Positions 1 to 10,842 of a DNA stretch of 64,000 nt are shown here, one piece after another. The position numbers and the translations under genes are program-made. Numbering within the stretch: the stretch's first letter is position 1; the number at the start of each line of letters is the position of its first letter. Under the pieces are notes generated by a model that did not search any database, had not been told where the DNA came from, and worked only from the letters and a program-made list of their open reading frames with translations. This stretch comes from an uncultured Planctomycetota bacterium. Lineage in GTDB: Bacteria; Planctomycetota; Planctomycetia; Isosphaerales; Isosphaeraceae. The stretch spans positions 320,001 through 384,000 of the forward strand of contig CAWGMQ010000003.1 of NCBI GenBank assembly GCA_963823665.1, in the 5' to 3' direction.

Positions 1-2
1 AA

Positions 3-323
3 CGGCTGGACGACCTGGCTCACATTCAGCGGCGGTCGAAGTGGATCAGCACGGCCGACCTGCTGACGGACGACTCGCCCGCGGGCGGCGGGAACTTCGA
101 TCGCATGCAGCTCTTCTACGCTCAGAGCTGGATCTTGATCTACGCGCTCATGAAATCGCCGCAGCGATTGGCCGAGTTTCAAGCTTACTTGAAGACGATC
201 CTGCCGCGCGTCGACAAGAAGAACCGCGTGGCCGACGCCGCGAAGAGTTTTGGCGATCTCGATCGCCTCGATCAAGAACTGCGTCAAGAAGCAATCCGAC
301 TGCAAAAGGAACCGAGGCCGTGA
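3..323 (+). CDS. DUF1570-like protein, C-terminal part (5' truncated by window edge)
   Basis: Frame open from position 3 (RLDDLAHIQRR...FYAQSWILIYALM...FGDLDRLDQEL); YAQSW motif and FGDL..L tail are typical of DUF1570 proteins. Confidence 0.7.
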   Translation, partial: RLDDLAHIQRRSKWISTADLLTDDSPAGGGNFDRMQLFYAQSWILIYALMKSPQRLAEFQAYLKTILPRVDKKNRVADAAKSFGDLDRLDQELRQEAIRLQKEPRP

Positions 324-359
324 GGCCACGGCTCTTGGCCGAGCCGAGCGGGACCCACC

Positions 360-3300
360 ATGTCACCCAGCGACCAGACGCTCGAGCCCGTGCTCTCAGA
401 CGCTTCAAGCGAGGAGCTGGGCCACATCGCGTATTTCCTCGAGCGCCTGGCCGAGCTGCGCGACCGCGGTTTGATCGACGAGCACGCCTATGACATTGCG
501 GCCGGCGAGTGCCGAAGCCGCCTCGAGGCCATCGATCGAACGGGACGTTATGAAACCTGCATGGTCAAATCCAGGAGCCGGTCCAAGAACTGGCCGAAAC
601 AGGCGATTGAGTGGGCCGAGCAGGCGATTCAGATCGATCGGGAGCGCATCGATGCCTGGCGGATGATCGTCGAGCTTTGCTGGGCCGAGGAAGACGACGA
701 GACGGCGATCGCGTGGTGCACGCAGGGTGCCGAGCTTTTTCCCGAGCTGCAAACGAATCTGGAGCGCATGCGCGCGGAGCTTGCCCCGCGGGAAGAGCGT
801 CGCCTGGAACGGGCGCGGCGGGCCAAGCTTTCACATGAGGCCTTCGAGCGTCGGCAGCAAGTCCGCAACGCCCTCGAAGAAAAGCGGTTCTCCGATGCCT
901 GCGTGATCTGCGAGGAGATCCTTGCCGAGCGGCCGGACGACCTCGAAGCCCTGGCCAACAAGGCATTCGCACTCAGGCACATCGGTGAAATTGACCGGGC
1001 GCTGGAAGTCTACGGCCGTTTGATGAAGCTTGAGCCCAGTAACTCGGTGTGGGCACGATGGGTGCAAACTCTGCGAAAGGAGCGGCTCCCCGCGGTGGCG
1101 AAGGCGCGGCGTGATCGCGGGGACGAGCCGGCGGCGAGCACGTCGCCGGCGGACGCTGTTTTCGTTCCCGAGGAGCGTTCCTGGTCGGGCTTCGCGTCGG
1201 AATTCGTCAAGGAGCACTGGCAGAAGCTCATTCTTTCCCTGGCCGTGCTCTTGATCGTTGTGAGCTCGACGGTCGGGGCACACCTTCTGCTGGGCGACCT
1301 GCTCTGGTCTCCGGAGGGAAAGTGCACCCTCGCGCTGGCGGGGACCTTACTGCTGGCGGCGCTCGGCACGGGGCTCGAGCGCTGGGGTGCCGGCCGGGCC
1401 GGTCGGATGATGCTGATCACGACGCTGATCGTCGTGCCGATCCATTTCATGCTGGCAGGAGAGCTCAGGCTGCTGTTCCAACCGGCCTCGATGCGCCTCG
1501 TCTTTCTGGCGGTGATCGCCCTGGTGCTCGTGGCGCTCGTGCGCTGGGCCAGCGGCCGGCTGGCCGAGCCCAAAGGTGCCTGGCTGATGACGGTTTCGCT
1601 GCTCTTGATCAGTCTGGGAAGCGCCGCCACGACGCGCGGCTCGTCCATCGCGTCGGCGCTTCAGTTTGCTTGCTTTCTGTTCGCGCCGGTCGTCTTCCTG
1701 GCGACGGTCCTGGCGATGGGCAAGCGACAGTGGAGTGGGTCGGAGGCCGGGCACCGCGAGTATGTCTACACCATGTTCGGCGTGCTCGGCTTCGCGCTCT
1801 TTTCATGTCTGATCCGCGCCGGCGCGTACGTGCTGCGCCTGGAACCGGCGCTGTACGCACTGCCTGCGATGCTCGGCGGGATCTCCGTGGTGCTCGCATG
1901 CCACCGTCTCGCTCCCTTTGAGCCGGACAAGAAGCGCCTGGCCCTCTACGAACTGGGCGGCTACGTCCTCTCGGGACTGGCGTTCGCGCTGGCGTTTTCG
2001 GGCCCCTATGTCTCTTCGGCCAACCTGAGCGCGAACATCGTTGCCGTCGCGTCACTTGGAATTGCACTGTACTCGGTCGGCCTCTGGAACGACCGGAATC
2101 CCGCATTCCTCTATCTGGATCTGGGAGCCTACCTCGCCCTTCGCGTCGGTTTGTGGTATTTCGTGGCCGAACGGTTTTACGCCCTCGAAGATCGGATTGC
2201 GCTCGCGCTCGGCTATGCGGGCCACCTTCCGATACCGTTCCGCGCGAGTGTCGCTATTCTGATCAACGTCGTGCTTGGCGCGCTCGCAATCTGGTTTGTC
2301 AGAGGCTGGAAGGACCGGCGACTGGCCCGGCACTGCCATTACATCGGATTGCCGCTGTCGGTCGCAGCCTGCGCGTGGAGCACGTTCGAGCCGCGCGCGG
2401 CCTGCATCTGCCTCTCGGCGTATGCGATCCTTTATCTGCTGGGGGTGTGGCTCTTCTCTGCCCCGCGCGTGACCTATCTGGGAGTGACGGCGCTGGCTGG
2501 TGCGGTCTATTTCGGCTCGACGCTCGTTCCCGGCACGACGATCGCCGGCCAGGCGCTCCTCGCAGCCGCGATTGGGTTCGCGTACTGGTCGATCCGATGG
2601 GTGCTGGGCCGCCTGCGAGTGGATGCGCTGTACCAACGCCCCTGGCTCCACGCCGCGCTCGTGCTCATGATGGTCGGGCTCGCCGCCGGCACAGCGGGTG
2701 TGCTGGTGAAGCTCGGCGGGGTTGCGACCGGTAGCATCACGTTCGGGCTGATCGCGGTTCTGGCCATTCTCGTCAACCTCGAGATACCGAAGCCCATCTG
2801 GGCATACGTCGCGTTCTTGAGTTTTCTCGAATTGATGATCTGCGCCACCGGGATGACCGCGCCCGAGCGCGTCGTGCTTGCTCACGAGCTGGGCCGGCTC
2901 GTGCTCGGAGTCGTTCTGGTCGTACTCGCGGTGTCGGAAGCTGTGCGCGGCATCACGCCGGAATCGAACCGGCTTGCTGCGTGGGCGATCCATCCTCAAT
3001 GGCCTGGCGTTTTTCGCACAGCCGCCGGGCGATTCGCCATTGCGGCGACGGCGGTGGCTGACGGGCTCGCCCTGCTCGACATCGAACGGGCGTGGGCGAG
3101 CGGCGTGATCTTTCTGCTGGGGTCGGTCACGTTGCTCTGGTCGAGCCGCATTGTCAGCCGGAAAGCGGTCGTGTACTTGGGGCTCGCCCAACTGTCGGCC
3201 GCGACACTCGACTTCACGTGGTGGGCGACTACTCCCGGCCAGATCGAAATCCGGCTCGCGTGGCTTGGGCTGGCGGCGGCCGTGCTCGGGCTTTCGCTCT

Positions 3301-6198
3301 GGATCGCGGCCACGCTCGCGCGTCGCGGCGGACTCTCCGATCTCTACACCGCGCCGTGCCTCGAAGCGACGTTTCTGCTGACTATCGTCACATTCATCGG
3401 GGTGATCGACGCGCGGTATCTGGGTCGCGAAGCCTTCCGCCTCGGTGTGGCGGCCCTCTTTACAAACGCGGCTGTCACTGTCCTGCTGCTGGCAAGCTGG
3501 CGACGGGCCGAGCTTGTTTACTCGGCCGTGTTTCACCTGGTGGCCGCGACGTACCTGGTGCTCTTCAGCACAGGGAATAACGACCCCGCGATGGCGTATA
3601 TTCTGGGGCTCGTCGCGGTGATCGAGGCGCTCGCGCTCTGGATCGGCTGCCTGTTCTGCGCCCGTGCTAGAGGCGCGCTCGTGCTTGAATGTGCTCAGCC
3701 GCTCGGGCACTGGGCAGTGTTCATGACGGCACTGGCGGTGCTGCTCTGTTCGAGTTCGTCTTTGACGATGGCGCTGGTTGCGCCTTTCGCTCTTGCTGGC
3801 GGTAAAAGGCTTGCCGCGCGCCGAGTGGCTTTACGGTACCGTGGCGGCACTGGCGGTCGCGTGCTACTGGAAGTGGCTGCATTCCTGGCCCGGCGTGCCG
3901 CTCATCGCGCTTGTGCTGCTGGCGGCGTTCGGGCTCTGGCTGCTGGCCGTGCTGCTCGAGCGCGGGAAGCCCGCGATATGCCGCGTGCTGGGGCTTGCAC
4001 GACTGCCGTATGAGTATCCGCTCTTCCATTCGGCGATGGCGGCGGGCGCAGTCGCGCTGCGCTGCGGGTGAATTTGAGCACGCGGGACGGAGCGTTGCAT
4101 GGACGGCACATCCGTGGCTTCCGCTGGGTGTGTCCGTCCTTTGTGTGCTACTGGTCCGCGCGTATCCGAGCCGGATCTGGGTGCACGCGGCGCTGGTGTT
4201 GCTCACCTGGACGATCGTGGGGCTTCTGGCGCCGACGCTGGATTCGGCGTGCGTGATCGCGCTTGCCGGGGCAGGCCTGGCGTGTGCGCTCCTCGCGGTC
4301 GAGCGGATGCTGCGGCCGATTGAACCGGCGCTCTGTCATCGGGCCGGCGTGGTCGACGTGGGGTTTGCCCAGGTGATGCGCGGATGGGCCCGGGCGATCT
4401 TCGGCATCTCGGCGTGTCTGGCGTCGGCAGTCCTGGTTGATCAGATGGTCGCGGCGCTGCTCGGGACGGGCAAGCTGCAGTTCGCGGTTTCATCGGCGGA
4501 CTGGTGGGCGATGGCCGCGGCGATCGCGCTGCTCGGTGCGTTTGTCGTGGGGCTCGGCAGTGATTCGGACGGCCCGGCTGTTGTCGAACCAGAGCACATC
4601 GTCGTCGCGCTTCACTGGGTGATCGTGGGCCTGGTGTGGTGGCTTGGCGTCGCGACATCGCCGATCATGGAGGGGCCGCCCGCCGGGCGGATATATTATC
4701 CGCTGGCGACCGCGATCGCTGCGCTCGCCACCGCGCAGCTTCTCTCGCGATTCGCGCTTCCGCCGGATGGGACGAGCTTCCCTGGCTGCCCGACCTGCGC
4801 TCCGATCGTATCACCCGGCTCTTCTCGATCCAGCCGAGCATTCTGGCGGTCCTGGCGGTGTTGTTCACACTCGGTGAGATCTCCGGGTCGACCGCGATCA
4901 GCTCGCTCGTCGCTGCGATTGCGCTGGGACTGGTGGCGCTTCGCACGAAATGGAATGCGGCGGCATTTGCGGGGAGCCTTTCGTGGGAGTTTGCGTGCGC
5001 GACGGCGGGCCTGCTCCTGGCGAAACAACTTGACCGCAGCCGATTCGAGCCACGGTCGATCTACGCTGCGGCGGGCATACTTACGGCTGCGTTTCTCCTG
5101 TGGAAGCTGGCGGGAATTCTGCGCAGCGAGGGGTTCTTCGGCAAGCGGCGAATCAGTCTGCTTTCCGATTCTAGCGCGGCGGGCCGAATTGCAACGGCCG
5201 TCACGCTCGAGTGGGCTGTGCTCTTCTCGACGCTCCTCGCCGCTGCCGCCACTCTCATGGCTGGCTCGCAGCCGGGGCTGCTCTGGGATTGGGAAAAGAC
5301 CGCCGGCGTCGGCCTGCTCATTGCGGCCACCGCACTCCTGGTCATGCTGGTGCCGCGATGGAAGCAGGAGTGGCTCGTCTATCTGGCGCAAGCGACGATT
5401 CTGGCGGCCTATGTTGATTTCCGCATGGCCTATCCGTGGCCGATCGCCGCGGATTCGGCCGTGTTGACCTTGCTTGGCTACCTCGACCTGGGCCTGGCCG
5501 AGATCCTCGACCGGCGGAAGCACACGATTTATGCCCGCCCTATTCGGTTCAGCTCACTCGTGCTTCCGGTCCTGCCGCTCTTTCAGCTTCTCTGGATCGG
5601 CGGCACGAAGGAAGTGGGGCTCTTCCATCTGGTGGCCGCGGCGACCTTTTACAGTGTGGCCTGTGGCCAATTGAGATGGAAGTCGCTCGGCTACGCGGCG
5701 GGAGTGTTCTACAACGCGGCGCTCTGGGTTCTCTGGAGCATCTTCGGCTGGGAGCTACAGGACCACTTCCAGTTCTTCATGGTCCCGGTCGGATTCTCGA
5801 CCATTCTCTTCGCCGAATCGCAGCGCCACGAGCTGGGTCGCTCGACGGTGAACTCGATCCGATCGGCGGGGCTCTTGATCATCTACGCCTCGCTCGCCGT
5901 GCCGATCTGGCAATTTGCCAGCTTCGGCGCGTGGCTGGCGCTCTTGGTTGCGTCACTGATCGGAATCTTTCTGGGCATCGGCCTGCGATTGCAAACGTTC
6001 CTCTGGCTGGGGCTCGCCACCTTCGTGCTTGACGTGGTGTATGAGATGGGCCGCGTGAGTCTCGACCACGCGATGGCCAAGTGGGCGATCATGCTGGTGA
6101 TGGGGTTGTGCCTCGTCTTGTTCGTGGCTTTGAACGAGAAGAAACGAATCGTGACCACGATGCGACTTTATTATGATCAGACGCGACTTTGGGAGTGA
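360..6198 (+). CDS. Giant polytopic membrane protein (~1940 aa) with N-terminal TPRs and SCO7613-C-terminal-like end; 3 apparent frameshifts
   Basis: Hydrophobic helical coding continues across ORFs 360-4013, 3778-4071, 3911-5467 and 4636-6198 with frame switches near 3780, 4068 and 4765; TPR-like helices in the first ~240 aa; C-terminus LRLQTFLWLG...KWAIMLVMGL...NEKKR...WE. Confidence 0.75.
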
Positions 6199-6279
6199 GC
6201 GAGAGGCGCAAGGAGCGACGAGCAGCCGTGGCTCTTCCGCTAGAACACAGCACCCTCGCGCCAGCGGAACGAGAGAAGA

Positions 6280-6308
6280 GCAGACGGCACACGGAGTGTG
6301 CCTGCTAC
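6280..6308 (-). repeat. GTAG-type REP-like palindrome
   Basis: Minus strand GTAGCAGGCACAC-TCC-GTGTGCCGTCTGC, intergenic hairpin. Confidence 0.55.
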
Positions 6309-6400
6309 AACAACACTCGGTCACATTCGCCGCGCCCATTGAATCGACACCGCCGTGCGGGTCTACTATCACCAGATCAGGCTCTGGGAGTCAGACACTC

Positions 6401-7777
6401 ATGGCCGGCCCCGCGCTCGCCTACGATTACCGCTATCAACATCCGTCCTTGCTCGAGGGCAGGCCCGGCAGCGCAGGCGCCAATCTGCGGCTCGCCACGT
6501 GCAGCGCCCGCGGCGAGCCGCATCCGCACTTCTTCGAGGGGCGGCTGGTCCGGCCGGGACGCGCCGCGGAGCTGCTGCGCAGTCTGGTCGAAGTGGTGCA
6601 ATCGCGGTTCCACATTCCGTCGGCGATGCTCGCGCGGATCGTCGCGCTGGCTGACCCGATCGTGACGGGGAGCGGTGAAGTCCTTCGATTCGAGGGTTTC
6701 TCGGCGTGCTGCAGCACTTACGGACGCGTCGACCTGTTGGCTGAAGCGATCGACGGCACCTGGCACGGCCGGGGCACGACGAACGTCGACTTCAATGCAC
6801 CGATGCGCGCTGCGCTGGCACGGGTTCGCGATAGCGATCAGGTCGGGCTCGCGGTTGGCAGCGATCTCGTGAGCTTGAGCCGCGGGCAGGAATCGGTCGT
6901 CGAGCGGAAAGTCGCGCTACCGGTGCGCTGGCTCAAAGGGCTGGTGGAGGTCCAGGCGTACCAGGCGCGGATGGTGCGGAAGCTCGAGGTGTCTGGATTC
7001 GAAGCCGCGCGGTTCCTGCGCTCGCTTCCCAAAGGGGCGGCGACAACACGCGCTATCGTGGTGCCGTCGGGGCGTGGGCTGCGGCTCAGCCAGGTGCCGT
7101 CGCGAGATGGCATTCATGTCGGCGGTGTTCAGCGTTTGCACATTCTCGACGAGCTGGCGCGGCACGCGAAGATGCTGCGGGTTTATGCCGACGTACAGAA
7201 CGAGGCCAGCGCGTGGGAGTTTGTGCTTGACGAGGCTCGATTCACGCTTGTGCTGAGTCCCGAGGTGTCTCGGGGGTTCTCGGGCGAGGGCCAGGTGCTC
7301 GCCAATCTGGCGGGACGACAGTGGGAAGCCGTGCTGCCACGAGTTCAGGCCTCGTTGCAGTGGGATACACAGATCGAGCCGGACGCCATCGCCGCGACAT
7401 GTGCGGCCGATCGTACCACGATCAATGCCGCGCTGGGGGTGCTGGGAGCCCGAGGGCTCGTCGGCTATGACCTGGCCGAGGGGGCGTACTTTCATCGCGA
7501 GCTGCCGTTCGACCTGGATCTGGTCGATGCCCTTCAGCCTCGGCTCGTCGACGCGCGCAAACTGGTCGCGTCGAGCGGTGTGCGAATCGAACGGAATGAT
7601 CCGACGACGGGCCAGGTCGAGGCCGTCGTGCGAGGGACGGATGTCGAACACCTCGTCCGGCTCGCACCGGAGGGAGACCGATGCACCTGCCCATGGTACG
7701 CGAAGCACCGCAATGACCGCGGGCCGTGCAAGCACATCCTGGCGGTGCAGATCTCCCTCGAGGACGAGGGCGAATGA
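6401..7777 (+). CDS. SWIM zinc finger family protein
   Basis: C-terminal CTCPW...GPCKH SWIM signature; FEGFSACCSTYGRVDL, GTTNVDFN, VERKVALPVRWLKG and YFHRELPF blocks; GGGAG upstream of ATG 6401. Confidence 0.85.
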   Translation: MAGPALAYDYRYQHPSLLEGRPGSAGANLRLATCSARGEPHPHFFEGRLVRPGRAAELLRSLVEVVQSRFHIPSAMLARIVALADPIVTGSGEVLRFEGFSACCSTYGRVDLLAEAIDGTWHGRGTTNVDFNAPMRAALARVRDSDQVGLAVGSDLVSLSRGQESVVERKVALPVRWLKGLVEVQAYQARMVRKLEVSGFEAARFLRSLPKGAATTRAIVVPSGRGLRLSQVPSRDGIHVGGVQRLHILDELARHAKMLRVYADVQNEASAWEFVLDEARFTLVLSPEVSRGFSGEGQVLANLAGRQWEAVLPRVQASLQWDTQIEPDAIAATCAADRTTINAALGVLGARGLVGYDLAEGAYFHRELPFDLDLVDALQPRLVDARKLVASSGVRIERNDPTTGQVEAVVRGTDVEHLVRLAPEGDRCTCPWYAKHRNDRGPCKHILAVQISLEDEGE

Positions 7778-10700
7778 TGACCCCCAACGAGCTCGAATGG
7801 CTCATTAACGGCGGCCGTATCGAGGAATGCATTGTCGCGTTCCTGGGCATGCCCGAAGCCGAGCGGACGAAGCTCGGGCGCGCGGCGGTGGCGCGGCTGC
7901 GGGCCCTCGGGAAGGGAATACCGCCGCGGCTCGCACAATTCATGGACGCCGACACCGTGGATCAGTTTCTGCCGATGATGTCGATCGACGCTCCTCGGGC
8001 GGCGCGCTACCGCGCGGCGCGTGCGGTCGTGCTCTCCACGGCCACATTCAGCCAGTGGAAAGGCGTGAAGGGGCACGGCCTGCCATCAAACGAAGTGGCG
8101 TTCCGGATCTTGAGCGATCGCCGCCCCGAATGGCTTCCCGAGCTCGTCGACCTCGTCTGCGATCTTGAAGAGGCGCTGAACGAGCGGTGGGGCCTCATCC
8201 GCCGGCTGGTGCGTGAAGGATACTGCCGCGCGCCCGAAAGCCCGCGCTACATCCACCGGATGATCGAGGGCATGCACAGAGAAGCTGCAAGCAAGCAGAC
8301 GCCGCTGGCGAGGGTTCTTCTCGATGACCCCGGATTGCTGGATCACGAGATCTGGCGGATCTTCGAAACCGAGCCGGGGCCGCGCACCGTCTATTTGCTC
8401 GCGGCGCGGACGGAGGGCTACCCGGCCGAGTTCACCTGGGAAGGCGCTCTTGCGCAGCTCGCCGGTGAGGGAAAGATCTCCCGCGACCGGCTTCTCGACG
8501 CCGCGCTCGATGGGCTTTCGCGTGACATGCACGACATCCGAGCACGATGGTTTGTGGCTCTCCACGATCGACTCGAGCCCACGCTCGACGAACGAGCCGC
8601 ACGCAGCGCACGTTATGTTGACTTCCTCGGCAGCCGGAACTCCTCGACCGTCGACTTTGCGCTCAAGGTGATCAAAGACATGCTGAAAGCGGGCCGGCTT
8701 GACCCCGGCGGCGTGGTCGATCACCTGCTCCCGGCGTTTCACGCACGCACCAAAGGGACGCTCAAGCAGGCGCTCTCGGTGCTCGACCTCGCCGTTCGCA
8801 ACGGCGGCGAGCCCGCGCTCAAGACCGGTGCGGTCCTGGTTGCCGCGGAGGGACTGGTGCACGAAGCGACTGACGTACAAGCGGCGATCCTAGACTTCAT
8901 TGAACGGCACGGCAATCCGGGTGAAGAGCCTCTCCACGACCTGCTCGCGGCTCGCCTGGACGCGATTGCCGGCTCGCTTCGCAGCCGGCTCGAGGCGTGG
9001 CTCGAGCTGGACAAAGTACTGACGCGAGAATCAACCGTTGAGGATCCGGAGGAGCTGTTCGCTCGCGCCAGAGCGATCGACGAGCGGCTGGCGCGCCTTG
9101 CCGGAATACCCGAGGCGGTGGCCGCCTTGGGCGGCGAGCGCTCGGATCTTCCTGCCCTGACCTTTGACGGCACCAAGATCCCGCGGCTTGATCCGAGTCG
9201 CCGGCTCGAGCCCATTGACGACCTCGACACTCTGATCGAGCTGTGTTCCCGCCTGGTCGAGAACCCGGCGCGAACCGAGGACGTCGATCGATGTGTTGAC
9301 GCGATCTCTCGCCTGTGCGACCGGCGCCCGATCGACTTCTACAAGCGGACCGCGCCGCTCGAGACCCGACTGCGACAGCGACTGGCCGAACAGCACAGCA
9401 TGTCGAACTATCCGCTGCGCTCGTTCGCTGTCGTGGTCCAAGGCTGGCTCACCGGCCAGGTGCCGGCACCGCCCCCGTTCGACCGGTCGTGGGCTTTAAA
9501 CGCGTTTATTTCGGCATTTGTTTTCGGGCTGGCGAGGCGAGTGGCTCGGGCGGAGGCGGCTCCCCTGCTCTCGGCCCCCACGCATTCCGGCGGCTGGATC
9601 GACCCGCGGGAGCTGGTTGCGCGGTATCGCGAGCGGTGCTCGTTGCCGATCGCCAGTGAGCCTGCCGACTTGATCCTGGCGTTGTTGCGGCTCGCACCGG
9701 TCAATCGGTCTGCGGCGCTGGCTGATGCGGCGGACCTCGAAGGCGAGCGAGGTGCCGCGATTCGCCACGCCTTGGGGGCCGAAGGTGAAAAGATCGGCCC
9801 CTCGGCCGGGCTCTGGGTGGCCGCCGCGCGGGCGCGATCACCGTGGGCCAACGACCTGGCGGTCGAGGACCGGCATCCGCGGCTGGGCCCCGACGCGGGG
9901 CGGGCGGCGGCCTATCGCATTGACAACAAGCAACTGATTCGTCGCGCCAATCACGATGCCTATCTCGGGATCGACCGTGAGCCGGCCGTGCCCCTCGGCA
10001 CGAGCTGGATGCCGGAGCTGCCGACCGTTTCATTCCATTGCGTCCGGTGGTTTTTCATCGCATCGTGGCCGAGCCCCGGATCGCTATGGCCGATTGCACT
10101 CGAGTCTTTTTTCGCAACCGGCGCGCACCAGTTGGTCGAAGCGAGCGAGGCTTCTACCGACTGGCAAGGAATGCGCGGGTTCTTGGTCCCGCTGCTTGAC
10201 CCGGATGCTCCCATGCGGCCGATGGCGCGGCTGGTCCTGGCGGTCGGACTGAGCGTGAAGCCAGCCGAGATTTCCGGGTTGGCGACCGATGTGCTTGTCG
10301 CCGCGATTGACGACGGCCGGCTCGACGGGGAAAACCTCGGCGAGTCGCTGGCCATTGCCTGGCAGTTCCGAATCCAGACGTCGACGCATCGATCGTTCAA
10401 CGAGACGATCCCGTTCGAGCCGCAGTCGGATCCGTTCGTGAAACCCCCGCGCTGGACCAAAGCACTCGGAGACGCCGCTCGCTCGTCGCCATTGCACGCG
10501 GGGGCGATCGCCCGGGCGCTTGAGCTCGCGCTGGCCGACGAGACTTTTCAGAACAGGACGACCGCGAGCGTGCTGCCTCTGCTCGAGTTGATGAGGGAGG
10601 CGTGCGTCCAATCTGGGCGGGGTGTTTCCGAGCCATTCCGAGCACATCTTGGCGGGCTTGGAAGCGGGGGCAAGACCGGCCGCGTAATCGCCGAGCTGCT

Positions 10701-10842
10701 GGCCCTGGTTGACAGAGCCGATGCTCTTGCCCGAAAGAAGGCCCGGGCGATGGCCCTTGCGAGCAGGATCGCGCGGGCGGAAAGATGGATGGCATGGGAG
10801 CGATGGCCTGGTCATTCGGTCAAAATGCCGGGGGAATCATGA
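7774..10842 (+). CDS. DUF6493-like large alpha-helical protein (usual partner of this SWIM family)
   Basis: ATGA overlap with SWIM gene; G.I.RDRLLDAAL..L.R, WF..LH..LEPT and LLSAPTH.GGWIDP.ELVAR motifs. Confidence 0.7.
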   Translation: MMTPNELEWLINGGRIEECIVAFLGMPEAERTKLGRAAVARLRALGKGIPPRLAQFMDADTVDQFLPMMSIDAPRAARYRAARAVVLSTATFSQWKGVKGHGLPSNEVAFRILSDRRPEWLPELVDLVCDLEEALNERWGLIRRLVREGYCRAPESPRYIHRMIEGMHREAASKQTPLARVLLDDPGLLDHEIWRIFETEPGPRTVYLLAARTEGYPAEFTWEGALAQLAGEGKISRDRLLDAALDGLSRDMHDIRARWFVALHDRLEPTLDERAARSARYVDFLGSRNSSTVDFALKVIKDMLKAGRLDPGGVVDHLLPAFHARTKGTLKQALSVLDLAVRNGGEPALKTGAVLVAAEGLVHEATDVQAAILDFIERHGNPGEEPLHDLLAARLDAIAGSLRSRLEAWLELDKVLTRESTVEDPEELFARARAIDERLARLAGIPEAVAALGGERSDLPALTFDGTKIPRLDPSRRLEPIDDLDTLIELCSRLVENPARTEDVDRCVDAISRLCDRRPIDFYKRTAPLETRLRQRLAEQHSMSNYPLRSFAVVVQGWLTGQVPAPPPFDRSWALNAFISAFVFGLARRVARAEAAPLLSAPTHSGGWIDPRELVARYRERCSLPIASEPADLILALLRLAPVNRSAALADAADLEGERGAAIRHALGAEGEKIGPSAGLWVAAARARSPWANDLAVEDRHPRLGPDAGRAAAYRIDNKQLIRRANHDAYLGIDREPAVPLGTSWMPELPTVSFHCVRWFFIASWPSPGSLWPIALESFFATGAHQLVEASEASTDWQGMRGFLVPLLDPDAPMRPMARLVLAVGLSVKPAEISGLATDVLVAAIDDGRLDGENLGESLAIAWQFRIQTSTHRSFNETIPFEPQSDPFVKPPRWTKALGDAARSSPLHAGAIARALELALADETFQNRTTASVLPLLELMREACVQSGRGVSEPFRAHLGGLGSGGKTGRVIAELLALVDRADALARKKARAMALASRIARAERWMAWERWPGHSVKMPGES

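Noticed and set aside
2052..3710. Long antisense or alternate-frame ORFs (also 17063-18247, 30565-31554, 41491-42837, 60299-61711)
   Set aside because: Shadow ORFs expected opposite GC-rich genes; no recognisable motifs
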